Shown one piece after another: positions 1 to 13,899 of a stretch of 64,000 nt of DNA (positions are counted from its first letter, which is position 1; every line of letters begins with the position of its first letter). The stretch covers positions 6,819,260 to 6,883,259 of the forward strand of contig MU058844.1 of NCBI GenBank assembly GCA_013265495.1, in the 5' to 3' direction. The notes under the pieces were generated by a model. It saw nothing but the letters and a program-made list of their open reading frames with translations, was not told the DNA's origin and did no database searches. A program made the position numbers and the translations under genes. This DNA comes from Vicugna vicugna. Its lineage: Eukaryota.

Positions 1-577
1 TTGAAAAAATTCCAAATTGTTACCTTTGAAGCTACTTTTGCAAGATAAACATTACTCTCTACAATTTCATTTATTCTGTGGGCTTGTATTTTTTTCTTTC
101 TCAAGACAGTAGTATATAATATTTTTATATATATAGTATAAAATATTTTATTTTTATTCCTTCATTTAAATGAAAGCTCAAAAATGCCTGGAATATATTT
201 GATATTTTTATTTCACAATGTGCTTATCAATTTAATTTTCTTAGAAAATCTTTTAGTTTCTATCTTAGAGAAAGGCAAAACAACAAGTACAACCTACTTG
301 TTGAGAATAATCACATTATAGTTACAGAATTCTTTGGCTGTATGGAACTTATTATGATTTGAGAAAAATTAAAACAATTTTTTTCCAATGTATTCTTAGT
401 TTTTACATTACATATAGTAATTTTATTTTTCATGAGACAGGGCTTGTCAGACAAATTCAATCAAAAATATGAAATCACATTCAGTTCTCCTCAAAGAGAG
501 CCAGAGACTGGTAACCTTCTACAAGCTACATCCAAAGATGGGGAGTGAAGAAGGACTTACCTTTACTGAGAATGAAA

Positions 578-710
578 GGGGTATTATTCCACTGGCACCT
601 AGTGGGCAGAGGACATAAATGCTAAATGTAGAATGCACATGACAGCTCCCACAACAACAACAAAATTACCTGGTGTAAAATGTCAATAGTGTCAAAGTTG
701 AGAAACCCTG
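578..710 (+). mobile_element. MER20 (hAT-Charlie DNA transposon), 3' part
   Basis: actggcacctagtgggcagagg...aaaatgtcaatagtgtcaaagttgagaaaccctg matches the recalled MER20 3' half and terminus. Confidence 0.85.
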
Positions 711-884
711 GCTAAGATAAAGACAGTCTTGTTATTGCCAGTCACTAAGACTCACCGAAGAGTTCTATAGAACCCATTCTTCTACATGGAAAAAAGGAAG
801 ACACCCTTCTGTCCCTAGAATCTTATTCTGTGAATGTTTTACACATCAACACTCAAAACACTCCCACATTAAAAAAGATAAAGT

Positions 885-1750
885 TGCTGACTCATCCATC
901 TATTAATTAACTTATCCAACAAATATTCATCACAAACTCCCATATGACAATTCCTGTGCTATTATACACAGATACACAGTCTATACACAAGGATATTACA
1001 ATTGGACATAAATGTTCCAGGGAAGCAGGAAATATTAGTTGGTTTGTTCAATGTTGTAGTTTTCAGTTACTAGCATAAAGCCTGAACACATAAGGCTTAA
1101 TAAATATTTGTTGCACTAACAAAAAAAATACTGAATGTATTAATGTGTGTGACATGACAAGTATGCACCAGGCACACTGGGAGTTTAGAGAAGGAAATAA
1201 CATGCATGGTCAGGCGTGTGTCAGAAGGGTCTTCACGGATGAGGTAGCACTTGACCCAAGTCTAAAGAAATGATAAAATTATTGAGAAATAATGAGTTTA
1301 TTGGAGAGGGGTGAGTGATCTTAGAAAAGATGATAGATTAGGTTTTTGTACAAGTTAGGCTTTAGAAGATAAAGCATTTTTGTTGGACGATCAGGTGGAC
1401 TATTACAGTTGTGGGTCTGCAGCTCATGAGAAAGTCTAGTGCTAGCGGTATCAACTGAGGAGGCAGCCACATATTGGTAAAACAAGCAGCTTGAGGGTGG
1501 AAGAATATCTGAGTGAGAAAACAGAGAGAAGAACATAGCAGGAGAGAGAGAGAAACAGAGGGAGAGCGAGAGATTCAAATGTTTGTAGAAGTAAGGGATA
1601 TGGATGAGACTTAAGTACCATGAGAGCCAAGATAAAACTGATTTTTAAAAAGGAATTACTGGTTATGTGACAAATAATGAAAAGAAGTCCATGAAGATGA
1701 GGTTTCAGAGAGGTCACTGTGTTTTTCATTAGGAGATCCAATATTTCATA
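885..1750 (-). mobile_element. Degenerate LINE-2 fragments, with an opposite-orientation L2 3' end at about 1010-1140
   Basis: L2 tail-like text (tcatccatc...ccaacaaatattcat; taataaatatttgttg) followed by purine-rich antisense L2 body. Confidence 0.55.
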
Positions 1751-1839
1751 CATTTATGCCAGGTGATAGAAAGGACAAGGGACAGAGATCAAGGGGAAGT
1801 TACCTGAGAGAGATGTGAAATTTCACTCCTTTTTGTAGC

Positions 1840-2430
1840 ACCACTTTCCTGGTTCACAGCCTCATTTTATTTTACTTGGGCTACAACCATAGCCTCCTAA
1901 ATAGACCTTCCTTGGTATAAGGCCTTATAATGAACAGCTTCAGTATGAGTCTTTGAAATCTCAAATTTGAACATATTACTCTCTTGCTCAAAAGCCACCA
2001 CTGACTAGTCATCTATAGTCCCAAATTTTTATCCTGTTTTTCAAAGCCCTTCATTTTCTGTTTCCACTTTTTCTTATCTTATTAGTTTCATCACAGTTTG
2101 CATAATTACATAACAGGCAGTTTTCTGTATTTACTCCATTATTTCTTGCCTGAACGTGCTTTCTCATGTTTTTATTTTACCCACCTGGGAATGTTACTTC
2201 TTTAGTTCCTCAGTGTCAGTACCCTAGGCATCTTTCATGTTATGGGTTTAATATTGTCTTTTCATTTACACTCACACTGAGTCTTCCCACCTGCACTTTT
2301 CCATTCTTCTGAAGTATCTTCAGACCTCCCTCATTGCACTTATATACCTTTTTTTTTTATTATATTTATTTACCTTAGTTGATATGGATACTGCCTGCCT
2401 GGCCAGCATCTATTCCATACACGTCTCTTA
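1840..2430 (+). mobile_element. LINE-2 fragment
   Basis: ctacaaccatagcctcctaaatagacc...tcaaagcccttcat...cctgggaatg resembles the L2 3' region. Confidence 0.55.
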
Positions 2431-2469
2431 ATGGCAGCCTAATTTAAATTGCATACCTAGGCCATGGTA

Positions 2470-2905
2470 TTTCTTGTAGGATTAACCCTATTCCCGTGGC
2501 TATGGTGAACTGGCTTTTGACCCAAGTGAGCAGGGCAGAGCAATCAAACTTCAACACTCGCATTTTTCTCATACTGTAAAGAATGACATGTTCACATTCT
2601 GCTGGAGTCATTTAAGTGACAGAATTAATGTCATGAAGAGGAACTGCCTGGGTAAGAATCAAGTCAATATAGATTAAAATGGATTTGAGAAGAAATGACA
2701 GATGAAGAGAAAAAGTTCAAATTCTAATGCAACATTTTTGAGTCTCTGGATTTAGGAATTCTGTATTGCAGAACTACATTCATTTGTGTTCTGCATGAGT
2801 GCAATTTTGTGATGTGACAGCCTGACATTTGGTTATTTGAGCCAATTCATTCCCATTCTCAGATTAATCCAATTTGAGATCCTGCCGCTGTCATTTGCAA
2901 ATGAA
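2470..2905 (+). mobile_element. Old MaLR LTR (MLT1K/L-like)
   Basis: tgacccaag...tttgagtctctggattt...tgagccaattcattccc...ctgtcatttgcaaatgaaa is a typical old MLT1 3' half. Confidence 0.55.
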
Positions 2906-4989
2906 ATAAGTGGTATATTTATATGTAGCTTTTAAAAACATTTCTTCTACCAGAGAATACATTCACAGATATTCTATTTGCTTGTTCATTTTGAATTCAA
3001 ATGGTTCCTTACAGTGCTTTCCCCATAGTAAACAAATTTATGTTTTAGTGTATTGTATTAAGATGGCCGGTTCTAAGATTAAATGAATGTCAACAGAGAA
3101 GAAATTGAGGACCATAAAACACAGAGGAATGGTTTATATAGTATGTACAGGGCTGGTAGTTTAGGGAAAATAGTAGATAAAGTTTTCTTTGGCAGAAAGT
3201 CATTTGTTTCTGAAACACTGAATTTAAAAATTCAAAAAAATTATAATATGGCACTCTGGTTATTTGAACTTACGAATCATTGTTATAGTTCGTTGTTTAT
3301 TCTATTATTTTTATTACAGAATTTTTATTTGTATAACTGATAAACTGGGCAATATGGAGGTAGATTTAGATTAATATGTATCTATGTATCTATCTCAGTA
3401 ACTATATCTTAGAAAAAATATGAGCTCATTCTCAGTGCTTGAGAAAGTAGTTTCATACACATACACCCACACTTCAACTCCAGTAGAGCCATAAAAATAA
3501 GTGACATCCTGTCAGCATTCGGTAAGAAATCTAAAGAAAATCACTATCATGATTTTTCCCTTCCTCCTAGATTTATTGGCTAATTTTTAAAATTCTCCAA
3601 GAACCCTGTTCCACTCATTCCTCACTTTTTTTGTAAATGTTTTAAACACATTAGTAAGTATCTTTATACTATAACAAAAATGTATAAGATCTTGAACAGT
3701 GTTTTACTGGTTTTAAAAAATCCATGAAAAGAAGTAGGGCTGGGGAAAGAAAGAATGTGGGAAAAATGATTTTACTAGTGTTCACGTTGTAGTTGAAAAT
3801 AGTGATTGTGAGCATGAGACACAAACATCAACGGGCCTGTAAAATGGCAAAAAGCATTTAAGTTAAAGTGAGTAGGAATTGAGTCCTCTAAGGTTTGGAA
3901 TGCTAGAGAGGACGACCGTGCTAGGTGTGGAATCATTTTCTCTGACATTATTAATGGTAAGTCAAATCATTACTTTTCTGGCCTCTCTCCAAGGCAATTA
4001 TGCCTGGAGATGCAAGGATGGACTAGATGACTTCTTAAAATGTTTCCTTTGATTTATAACTATCAAGATGAGTATATGTAGACATCAATACACATGTACT
4101 CAATTTGAGAAATAGCAGTGCTCCAGATATGTGTGGCGTAGTAGATGCTTACTCCCTTAAGAATCCAATGGAAATATCTCTGTCTATAGACAAATATGTG
4201 AAATAGAAATTCAAAGACGTTTCTCAAGATTACTTTTTCCCTTCATGATAACAATCCACCTAAGGCATTTTAGTGAAAGTTCCATGATAAAATTGTAAAA
4301 TTTTCTAAGTACGTTTTTCCTGATTAGAAAAAAATGTCCAGTAACTTAAATAATGTGATGCAAATTAGTACCATTATAAACCATCCAAAAATGAACTAAG
4401 CTAACAGGAACAGGAAATAACTCATTATGTCTTTTAATTACATTTACATGGTTACTAGTCAAATAGAGAAAAACATTTACATTTCTATTCTTGTGTAGTT
4501 CTGACTCTAAAACATACTTTATTTTTAAGCAGCTCTGATAGTTCCTTTAAAATAACAAACATTCTTAAATTATCTAAGAGAAAATCAAATCATGGGTTCA
4601 TAATGAAAATTCAAGCTTCATCCTTGGATATTTATTCTCAATGGATTTTAATACTGCTATTCGCATTTCGCTTTACTTATGCAGTAGGAAACTAGTTTGA
4701 GGCAAACCAACATTATTTCTCTGAGCAGTTAAAGCTTAGAAAACCCTTAATGCTGATAATGTAAGGTAATGAGGATGGCTGGCATAATCTTTATGTAGAT
4801 ACAAAGAATTTTCCCAGGGCTTTCAGCAGGGCTTAAGATATTGTTAAAAAATACTGCTGAACTATTTCATAAAGCATGACTTTTAACCATAAATAAAATT
4901 AATAATAATAAAACTTGGCATAAACTCTGCCCACTAGAAATAGACCTGTTTTGAAACTAATCTATAACTCTATAAGATAATCCTGAGAC

Positions 4990-5400
4990 TTTTTTCCTTT
5001 TTCTTTTTTTAAATTGTATAGTCAGTTTACAATGTTATATCAATTTCTGATATACAGTATAATGTTTCAGTCATACATATGCATACATATATTCCTTTTC
5101 ATATTCTTTTTCAATATAGGTTACTACGAGATGCTGAATATAGTTCCCTGTGCTATACAGTATAAGCTTGTTGTTTATCTATTTTATATATAGTAGTTAG
5201 TATCTGCAAATCTCGAACTCCCAATTTATCCCTTCCCATCCCCTTTCTTTCCTGGTAACCATAAGCTTGTTTTCTATGTCTGTGAGTCTGTTCTGCTTTG
5301 TAAATAAGTTCATTTGTATCTTTTTTTTAGATTCCACATATAAGTGAAATCATAGGGCATTTTTCTTTCTCTTTCTGGTTTACTTCACTTAGAATGACAT
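4990..5400 (-). mobile_element. Young L1 3' end (3'UTR plus poly-A), 5'-truncated, cetartiodactyl/camelid type
   Basis: T tract followed by tatagttccctgtgctatacag...ggtaaccataag...agattccacatataagtga; homologous to the L1 3' ends at 36.5 and 42.3 kb. Confidence 0.9.
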
Positions 5401-5949
5401 CATTCTAATGAGATTTTTAAATCAAAATCCAAAAAATATATATTTTCCTAAATTTTTTGATGTAATACTTATCTGTGATCAAATATGATAAAGTTCAGGG
5501 TACAGAAAAGAAAGCTATACACTCTTCCATATTACATGATGATGTAGCTTACTTTTCCAATTCCTAACCAATATTCTAGCACACAGTGCTCTTGGTTAGG
5601 TAATTTACTTTTCTCTTGTGTTCAAATAATATATACTCTTTATTAACTTTGACTGCAATGTAGTCCAAACTTTTCAGTAAAATCTCCCCTCCCCTTGTTC
5701 CCATCATCAATGATATTCTCATTTTATACCTTTTCTGCCATAGGCACTTAAAGTCCAGGACTCACGACTCAAGTCCAAGCTATGTACCAAAACAACTTCA
5801 ATTCCTGACAACACTTTGCAGACTAGGTCCTTAAGGAAAGCCTACTAGTTCTGAGAACTAGGCCACCAAACTACCCACCCTCAAGGAATGAGAACCTCTA
5901 AGTTTACACAAGACTCGTTGAGTTCTCTAGGCTTAATCTGGCTATTTTA

Positions 5950-8075
5950 ATTCTAGTTCTCTTTTTGTGATTAATTTCCCAATTATTTGTCTTATATTTA
6001 AATAATATGTAGCTCTGTTTCCCTAGTAATGCTTGCTACCTAAAAATCTTTTGGCCTAGTATTACTACAGCTACTCTAGCTTTCCTTTGATTTGTAAGTA
6101 TCTGCATATTTTTCTAGGGATTTACTTTCAAAATCGGTCCTTATGTTTAGTATGTCTTTGTAAACGTAGGCTGGATAGTTCTTTTTTATTTGTTTTGCTT
6201 GTTTTTTGTTTTGTTTTGGTATGTGGTTACTAATAAAATTTGATTTCTACATTTTATTGTGTGTTTCTCTTTGTCCTACTTTTTACACCCACCCACGGTC
6301 TCCTTTCCACCCCTGACCCCCCCTCCAAACTTTATTCCTTTCTGTTGACTGGGAGATACATTTCCATCTTCCATTTAAATAATTTATGGAACTTTGAAGA
6401 TATTAATTCCAGTTAGACACCTCATGACTCATAAGGTTGTACAGTATTTTAATTGTATTTTGTTTTATAATCTCACCAAACATATCAGTAATATTATCTT
6501 GTACAGCCAAAGTTTTTTACATTTATGTTTTTGGACTTTGGATTTTCTTTACCCAGCATAGGTTTTTGTACTTCCAACTTTCCTCTCTGTTCATTTTGCT
6601 AATTTCTGCTGTATAATCTAGAAAAATTCTTTAGCAAGGCTCTATTGGTTGTATCATCTCAGGTTTCAGTTTTCCTAAAACTATTCTTTTTAATATGCTC
6701 TCATTGAATAATGGTCCATCTAGGTATATGATTTTAGAGTACCAATTGCTTTTCTCAGTTATTTGAGGATATAATTCTGATTTCAATTGTGGCAGCTGAA
6801 AATGTCAACTGTCAGTTTAATTTGTATCTGTCTTTAATTGTGGGAGTCTTGGGAGTGGGGAGATGGGCATAGTTTGTCTTTTTCCCTGCAGCTTCTTTTA
6901 AGATATTCTCTTATTTTCATTTATCTGAAGTTTCATTATAATGTGTCTTATCTATCACAGTAAGATTTTTTTCTTTCCAAAATCTTATTTATTTGTATTT
7001 TGGGGCAGTTTTGGGTATCTCATCCAATAGTTCTTTGAATTTCATTTCTCATTCATACTCTGTTTCCTCTTTCTGAATCTCTTCATTCTATTTTTCTCAT
7101 GTTTAATCTCTTTTTATTTCTCTTTCTGCATTATGGGGAAAATACTCAGATACATTTTCTCATTTACAACTTCTCACTTCAGCTGTTTCCCATGTACTGT
7201 TTAGTCTATGAAATAATTTTTAAGTTTAATTGTTACACTTTTTTTTTCATTTCTGAAGCTATTTGGCTCTTTTAAAAATTCTGCTGGGTCCTTTTTTTAT
7301 AGTCTTTTGTTCCTTTGTCATATTTTACATACCTTCTTTTAAAATTTTAAGCCTACCAAATAATTCTTACTTAAATAGAAATGTAAACTTAATGTCAACT
7401 ATTATTCTAATGCTAAAATCTGCAGTCTTTATGAATCTACTTCTGTTTGTTATTATTTCTTACTCTCATGCTGGCTTGTTTTATTGTTTATTTTTAGCTT
7501 TTACTGTGAGCTTAATTTCTTTGGGATTTTACCCTGTGGTAGGACATTAAGCTCTGGGCTGAAGGTGATTTTATCCAGGGAGGAGTTTCCTTCTGCCAGG
7601 CATCTGGGACACTACCAATCTGGAACTATTTTAAATTCAATTCTGGTTTGTGATTAGAAATTCTTAGGGGGGATTTCTTTTTCCTCTCCACCTATCCAGA
7701 ATCAAGGCTGAGGCAATCTTTCATAACATCCCCTTTTGGGTCATGACATTTCATTAAGGTATCCCTCCAACCTCTCTTCTCACACAGGCCCTAGACTTTA
7801 CTTTCCATCGCATACTTATGTGAACTTTTAAAATAGTAAGCTGCAGACAAGGAATGGCAGATGTCTTAAGGGCAGATGTTGGCTTTAGTCCCCGATGGCC
7901 TCTCCAAAGTCTTGTTTTCTTATAATTTTGTTCTCTGAGAACTTCCCTCCCTTTATTACTAATTTAGTATAAATTCAAAGTATATTAATAAATATTATAC
8001 TCAGCATTTTTAATTTTCCAGTTTTGAAAGAATTTCTCCAGTTATTTAGTGTGTCATATTTCCAGAAATAGAAGT
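5950..8075 (-). mobile_element. Ancient HAL1 / L1M ORF1-related remnant
   Basis: T-rich antisense ORF1-like text; cttctgccaggcatctgggacactaccaatctggaactattttaaatt resembles HAL1. Confidence 0.55.
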
Positions 8076-8171
8076 TCCTAAACTTATTCTATATATTTAC
8101 TATGGGCTGATAAATGAACCTCGTTCTACACAGTGCATGTGGACCACCCACCTCATGAGTTTACTTGTAGA

Positions 8172-8605
8172 CTCTACTGAGTTGAATAGTGTCCCCTGAA
8201 AATGGAAGTCCACCTGAAACTTGTGAATGGGACTGTATTTGGAAATAAGCTCTTTATAGTGTAATCAAGTTAAAATGAGGCTACACTAGATTAAGGAAGA
8301 CTCTATATTCAGTATGATTGGTGTCTTTCTAAAGAGAAGAAGAGACAGAGTAAAACACACTAGGAAGATTCCACATAATAAACAGAAGGAGAGACTGGAG
8401 TGATCCATCTACAGACCAAGAAGCACCTAAGGATTGCAGGCAGCAACTAGAAGCCAGTTAAAAGGTGGGCAATACATTCTCCCTCAGAACTTTGAGAAGG
8501 AACTAACCTGTGGACTAGCCTCCAGACTGTGACAGAACAAATTTCTTTTGTTTTAAGCCACTAGGTTTCTGGTAATTTGTTACAATACCTCCAGACAACT
8601 AATAT
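8172..8605 (+). mobile_element. MaLR solo LTR (MLT1B/C)
   Basis: gttgaatagtgtcccc...gtgaatgggactgtatttggaaataag...ttgttttaagccactaggtttctggtaatttgttaca...aactaatata. Confidence 0.85.
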
Positions 8606-9334
8606 ATATTAACCGTGGGACCCCCTGATTTTATTCTAATGTATGCATCCTAAGTTTTATTTGCATCTGTGGATATGCATCAATAGTCATTCACTCCACA
8701 TACAGAGAATTATTTTATGCCTAAAACCTGAGGCATAATTGTAGAAACTTTATTTTCATGACTTTCTAAAAGAATGAAATCATATAAAGTTCATAACATT
8801 ATGTTTAAAGACAGAGAGTGAAAATCACTTAATCATTTTGATGTGTTAATCACTACTTTAGAAACAGACTCTAAGCAGTTAAAATCAGAACTCTTGCAAT
8901 AATCTTTAAAAGGAAAACAAACCAAAATATTCTATAGTATATCCATAATAGAAAATTTCCAGATGGAAACTGTCAGGATGATTTCTGGAATTCTTTAATG
9001 CTATCAAGCCTATGACATACATACAAGATATATGATAACACAGATATATGTTATATTGGTTTCTTGCTTGAGGAAGTATTAAGATATATTGTTGCTCAAG
9101 GTAAATATTGACTCTAGAATTTGGACACTCAATATTTGCCTCATCCATCAACATATTTTGAGAGTCCCTTCAGCGTTCAATATTTCCTTAGTGTTAAATG
9201 AAATGACAGGAGTAAAAGCAGTTCATCTTTGTGTTCCCTCTAGCAGATTTTATAGAAGGTTTATTTGGAACTAGAAAACAAACTACATCAATAGGATTTC
9301 TTTAAAAAAAAAAAACTAGCCTCTTGCTAGAGGG

Positions 9335-9340
<6 letters not shown>

Positions 9341-9376
<36 letters not shown>
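9341..9376. repeat. (GT)18 microsatellite
   Basis: Perfect GT run seen directly. Confidence 0.97.
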
Positions 9377-9377
<1 letters not shown>

Positions 9378-9589
9378 CCTGCATTAGCAGCACGAAACAG
9401 ATGAAACACTAATGTAAACTTTACTGAGTTGTAAGCAAGAGATTTGGGGAAGAGTCATATAATTGTGATGTCAAGATAAATTCCCAAGGATTGTTTATTT
9501 TCTTATGTTGACCTCAATTTCTTCTTAATCATTGTCAAAATAACTGTTTTGTCTATGTGATAAATATATCCTTAATAGTAGTCTATATA

Positions 9590-9730
9590 TTACCTTACAT
9601 AGATAATATATATTAAATATACATGCATACACACATCTATATGTAGATATACAGATCTATGCATGTATAGGTCTATGTATGTCTACCTATAGATATATGT
9701 CTATCTGTCTATCCATTATCTATCAAGAGA
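9590..9730. repeat. Degenerate TA/TCTA low-complexity tract
   Basis: tatatattaaatatacatgcatac...tctatatgtagatatacagatctatgcatgtataggtctatg. Confidence 0.6.
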
Positions 9731-11289
9731 GCTTACACACATACATATGATAAATACAGAAAGCTACTAAATGTTAAAATAGAAAACAAGTTTCAGTCTC
9801 TGGTGTGAGTCAACCTTATTTGAGCTGTCTACTTACATGCTAGTAGATACAAACATTGACTCTGAAAGCTTTCAGGCTAAAGTTTTAATGTTCAGTTCTG
9901 TTGGAGACCGGTACCCATTCTCCTTCCTCTACATTATGCTATTCAAAACATTTAACTACTTACCATTGAAACAATCTCCATTATCATAAGACAGCTATCA
10001 ATCCACGACTGATCCTGATCATGGCAGTATACAACCATACTCTGGTGGATATTCTCAACATCCTTAAGGCATACTCCTTCCATGGCCCTCATCTGGTAAC
10101 ATTCTCCTCCTGGCTTCATCCAAATAGGCACCACATTTGCACCTGCTCTCCAGCAGCTGACAGTTGTCAGCCACACACCTGGGCTGACTCTTCTCACATT
10201 AACCACCACAAACCACAGCTGAGTACTCAGAAATGTTTTAAACTTACACTACATTTTTACAGTGTGTTTGGATAACAGATACTGCTTTTCCCTTTGTGTT
10301 TGAAGCTCTTTCTCTACTGAAAGGAAAAAAATACCATGCCAACTTTAAGTTTCTCACCAGCCTGAAATGGGAAATTTTATTCAGAAATTAAATTGAATAA
10401 TAGAAATTAAAGAGATGTAACTCCTTACAAAAGTGGGTTTGTGGCCTATGATTTATATTTACGATACTATTAAATGACTACTCTTTGAAAGAAACCATCT
10501 TGTAATTCTTTCTTGTTCTCATTCTTATTTAATGATCACATTTTATTATTTCTTTAGAAATATTTTAAAGGAGAAAATTTTTAATCTTCTTTAGTGGATA
10601 CACAATGCAGTCAGTTTATTCATGTTTCATACTCAAAATCTACATAATTCCAGACTGAAATTTCCATTTGAATACAAAGAATGAGTATGTGCATGTATTT
10701 GCACATGCTCATTCATGGAGTAAATAAATCTAAAAGCATTAATATATTTTTCTCTTTGATACTGATTTCTATTCGTGCAGCATTCTCTCATATTCTGCAG
10801 TGTGTGATTCCTGAAATAAACTACACAGTGTATAATGATGTCATTTGTCCTCTTCACTAGCTTATATAGCATCTAAATTTCTCTCTAAAGTTACTGGGTA
10901 TTAAGCACGTTTTTAGCACCAGACTCATAAAGTAATGAGTGCTCAGATGACATTATTATAAGATATTTTAAATTATATAATGATATAGAAATAATAGCAA
11001 AAGAAAAAACAAATCCCTTACAGAAGTACTGATGCACATAAACAACATCAGGGCAGATTCTACAGTTCTCTTTCAAACTGATTCCACAAAGTGAAAATAC
11101 AGGACATATCATTTGCTTGGTCTCTGATATTTAAAATTACTCAAATTCTGGAGTGTTTAAATTTGAGGGACTTGTATAATTAAAGAATATGCATAGAAAG
11201 TGTAATTTATTAATATTTTATTGTATAATTTAAAGCTGACATCATTTTATATATATTAAAAATTCACTTTATATAGTTTTTACCCATCA

Positions 11290-11822
11290 GCAATCATTCA
11301 GCTCTCTCTTGCTTGCTACACTCAAAAGAATTCCACTGGGTTTCCTACCCATCTCAATGCTCAGCAATGTGACTGAGTGGAACTGACCCCAATCCAATAT
11401 GAGGACAGAATATACTTGGCTTAAACCAGTTATATAGTCTATCCTTAAATAAAGATGATGTAATGAATACTACGTAATCAATAAGACAGTGAAACGAGAG
11501 ATCTTTCTTCCTGATGCTGTCAGGAAAAAGCAGCTCGCAATTTCTCTCAGATTAGATGGCACACTGGTATAAGACTTGAAGTTGTTGCCATCGATGTAAC
11601 ACTACAGGCCAGTATAGGGAATTAATGCACAGGTAGAGACAGACCCAAGACAGAGCAACCGGGTATAATTACATTATTATAACTGATTTAAAGACTCTTG
11701 GAACTAACCAGTTCTTCTCCTGAACTTTCAGCTTATATGAGAGAGGAAGTTCCATTCTTTTGAGTAAACATACTGAATTTTATTTTATTCTATTTGCAAT
11801 TGAAAACCACATATTCCAATGA
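11290..11822 (+). mobile_element. Old MaLR LTR (MLT1K/L-like)
   Basis: tctcaatgctcagcaatgtgactgagtggaactgacccc...ctgaactttcagcttatatgag...ctatttgcaattgaaaac. Confidence 0.55.
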
Positions 11823-11849
11823 CCAAATCTTTAAATTTTCTTTCATCTG

Positions 11850-13830
11850 CTTCTATTTGCTCCATTTTAACATTCATCATTATAACAGAATAAATGTTCC
11901 TCCTCCTATCAAACAACAAACCCTCCATTTGTTCTCTGGATCACATCTCTCTCAACTTCTCAACAAGTTCTTCAGTTAATTCCCTCACTCAGTCACAGCG
12001 TTCATTTTTCCCCTTTTCTATAATTCCTGCACTAAAATTTTCCGGTATCTCCCATCTTAAAGAATAATCACCAAAAAAAACCCAAAAAAACAAAAAAAAC
12101 AAAAAAAACCTTCCCTTATCCTTACATCATCCTCCAAATGCCATTAAATTGCTCTGTGTTTTAGCAAAGAGTGGAGGTACTGTTTACACTGTTACTAAGT
12201 ACTTACTTCTCTTTTTGGAACACTCCAGGCTAGCCCTCATCCTTACCACTTTACTTCAAAGCACCATTTTGCAGTCAACACAAATCATCCTCCTTTCCTC
12301 TGTCCCCTGTTACAGTATAAAGGACTAGACACACTTTTTCTTCTTACCTTATAGGATTCTGCTTATTGTATTTTGTTGTGTCATCTCTACATTTTAACAT
12401 GCTTCTGAGATCAATTCTGGTTTCCTTTTCCTTGCCTTCCTTTTTACTAATTTCTTCTCTTACATCTATTCTTTTCTCTCTTTTCTCTCTCTCTTTTTTT
12501 CTACTGACACGGTCTTTTTAGGCATTTTACTTAATTCTAAAATGTCAAATGATGACCATATTGGTGCTCTCAAAATGTGTACGTCAAGCTAATACTTGAT
12601 TGCTGGCCTCCAAGTTCATAGTCTAACTGTCCACTTGACAGTCATTCCAACAACACACGTTAACCAAGCACCTATAAGATGCCAGGCACCCTTTTTGGTG
12701 CTTGGGATACATCATTAAAAAAAAAACAAACAATACAGCAGGGTCAGCAAACTTTTTCTGTAAAGGACCAGACAGAAAACATTTTCAGCTTTGCAGACTA
12801 TAAATCCCCTATTGCAGTTCTCCTGGTGTACCAAAGAAGCAGTCAAAGGCAATACGTAAGCAGACAGGAGTGTCTGCGTTTTCATAAAACTTTTCTTATA
12901 AGACCAGGTAGTGGGCTATCTTTGGCCCATAGTGAACTGACATTGGTTCACCAGGGGGACTGTCTTATAAAATTACCCATGGATATTTCAAATATCTCTT
13001 ATAGAATTACCCATGGGTATCTCAAATACCTCATATTTAAAACAGAACTCTTTATTTTCCCTGTCATAGGTTTTTCTTCTTCAGTCTTTACAAACTCAAT
13101 AAATGGTATCAGCTTTAATTCATTAATTCCAGCAAAAAATAAAATAGCATTGACTTTTATCTCTCTCTTTCTTCTTACTATCAACATTCAGTTTCTCAAT
13201 AAGTCATGCAAATTCTGTCTCCAAAATGTACCTCGTATCCATTCATTTCTTTACATCTCCAGATCACTAATAATTTTCACTAGCCTGCTGCAAGCAATGC
13301 CTTATTTTACTCGCTACTTTATCCCTTTCCCTCCACATGCATCCTCCAAGGAGCAGTAGAATGGCATTTTAAAAACATAAGCCAAAATTATTATTCTACT
13401 GCAAACCATTCAATAAATTCTCTTTGCCCTTTGAAATAATTTCAAATGTGTATGATCCAATATTACTGGAATTCTTTAGGTTTCCTAAATACACCAAGGT
13501 CTTTCCTGTCTAGTGGAGCTTGCATCCACTATTTCCACACCTGGAATATTCTTCACCAGGTTCTTTGCATGACTGGCTCCTTGTATATCTTTGCTAAAGT
13601 GCTGTGAACTTTTATCTCCTATGCCAATTTCTATCATATTATTATGTTTATTTATTTTCTAACCCTTATCACAATCTAATTATTCATGAGTTTATTATTG
13701 TTCTCTTCCTCTGGTATTTAAGATCTTCAAGTACAGGGTCCTGGTTTACCACAGAATCCCTACCACCACCAAGCATAATGCCTAAGAGACAATAAATACT
13801 TAAAAGCTGGGTGAATAAATGAATCTATCT
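11850..13830 (+). mobile_element. LINE-2 (L2a-like) with nested insertions
   Basis: Pyrimidine-rich L2 body (aagtcatgcaaattctgtctccaaaatgtacctcgtatccatt) ending in an L2 tail, gtgaataaatgaat. Confidence 0.7.
12738..12955 (+). mobile_element. MER58A (hAT-Charlie)
   Basis: cagggtcagcaaactttttctgtaaaggaccagacag...ttttcagctttgcag...caatacgtaag...cataaaacttt. Confidence 0.85.
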
Positions 13831-13899
13831 TTAGTAAAGAAATTGCAAAGTAACTTTGTTTCTTCATGTTCCTGAATTGTGCATTTCTTTATAATGCAA

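Noticed and set aside
12679..13359. Longest ORF in the window (226 aa)
   Set aside because: It runs across an L2 tail, MER58A, a tandem duplication and L2 body; a chance ORF with no protein-like features.
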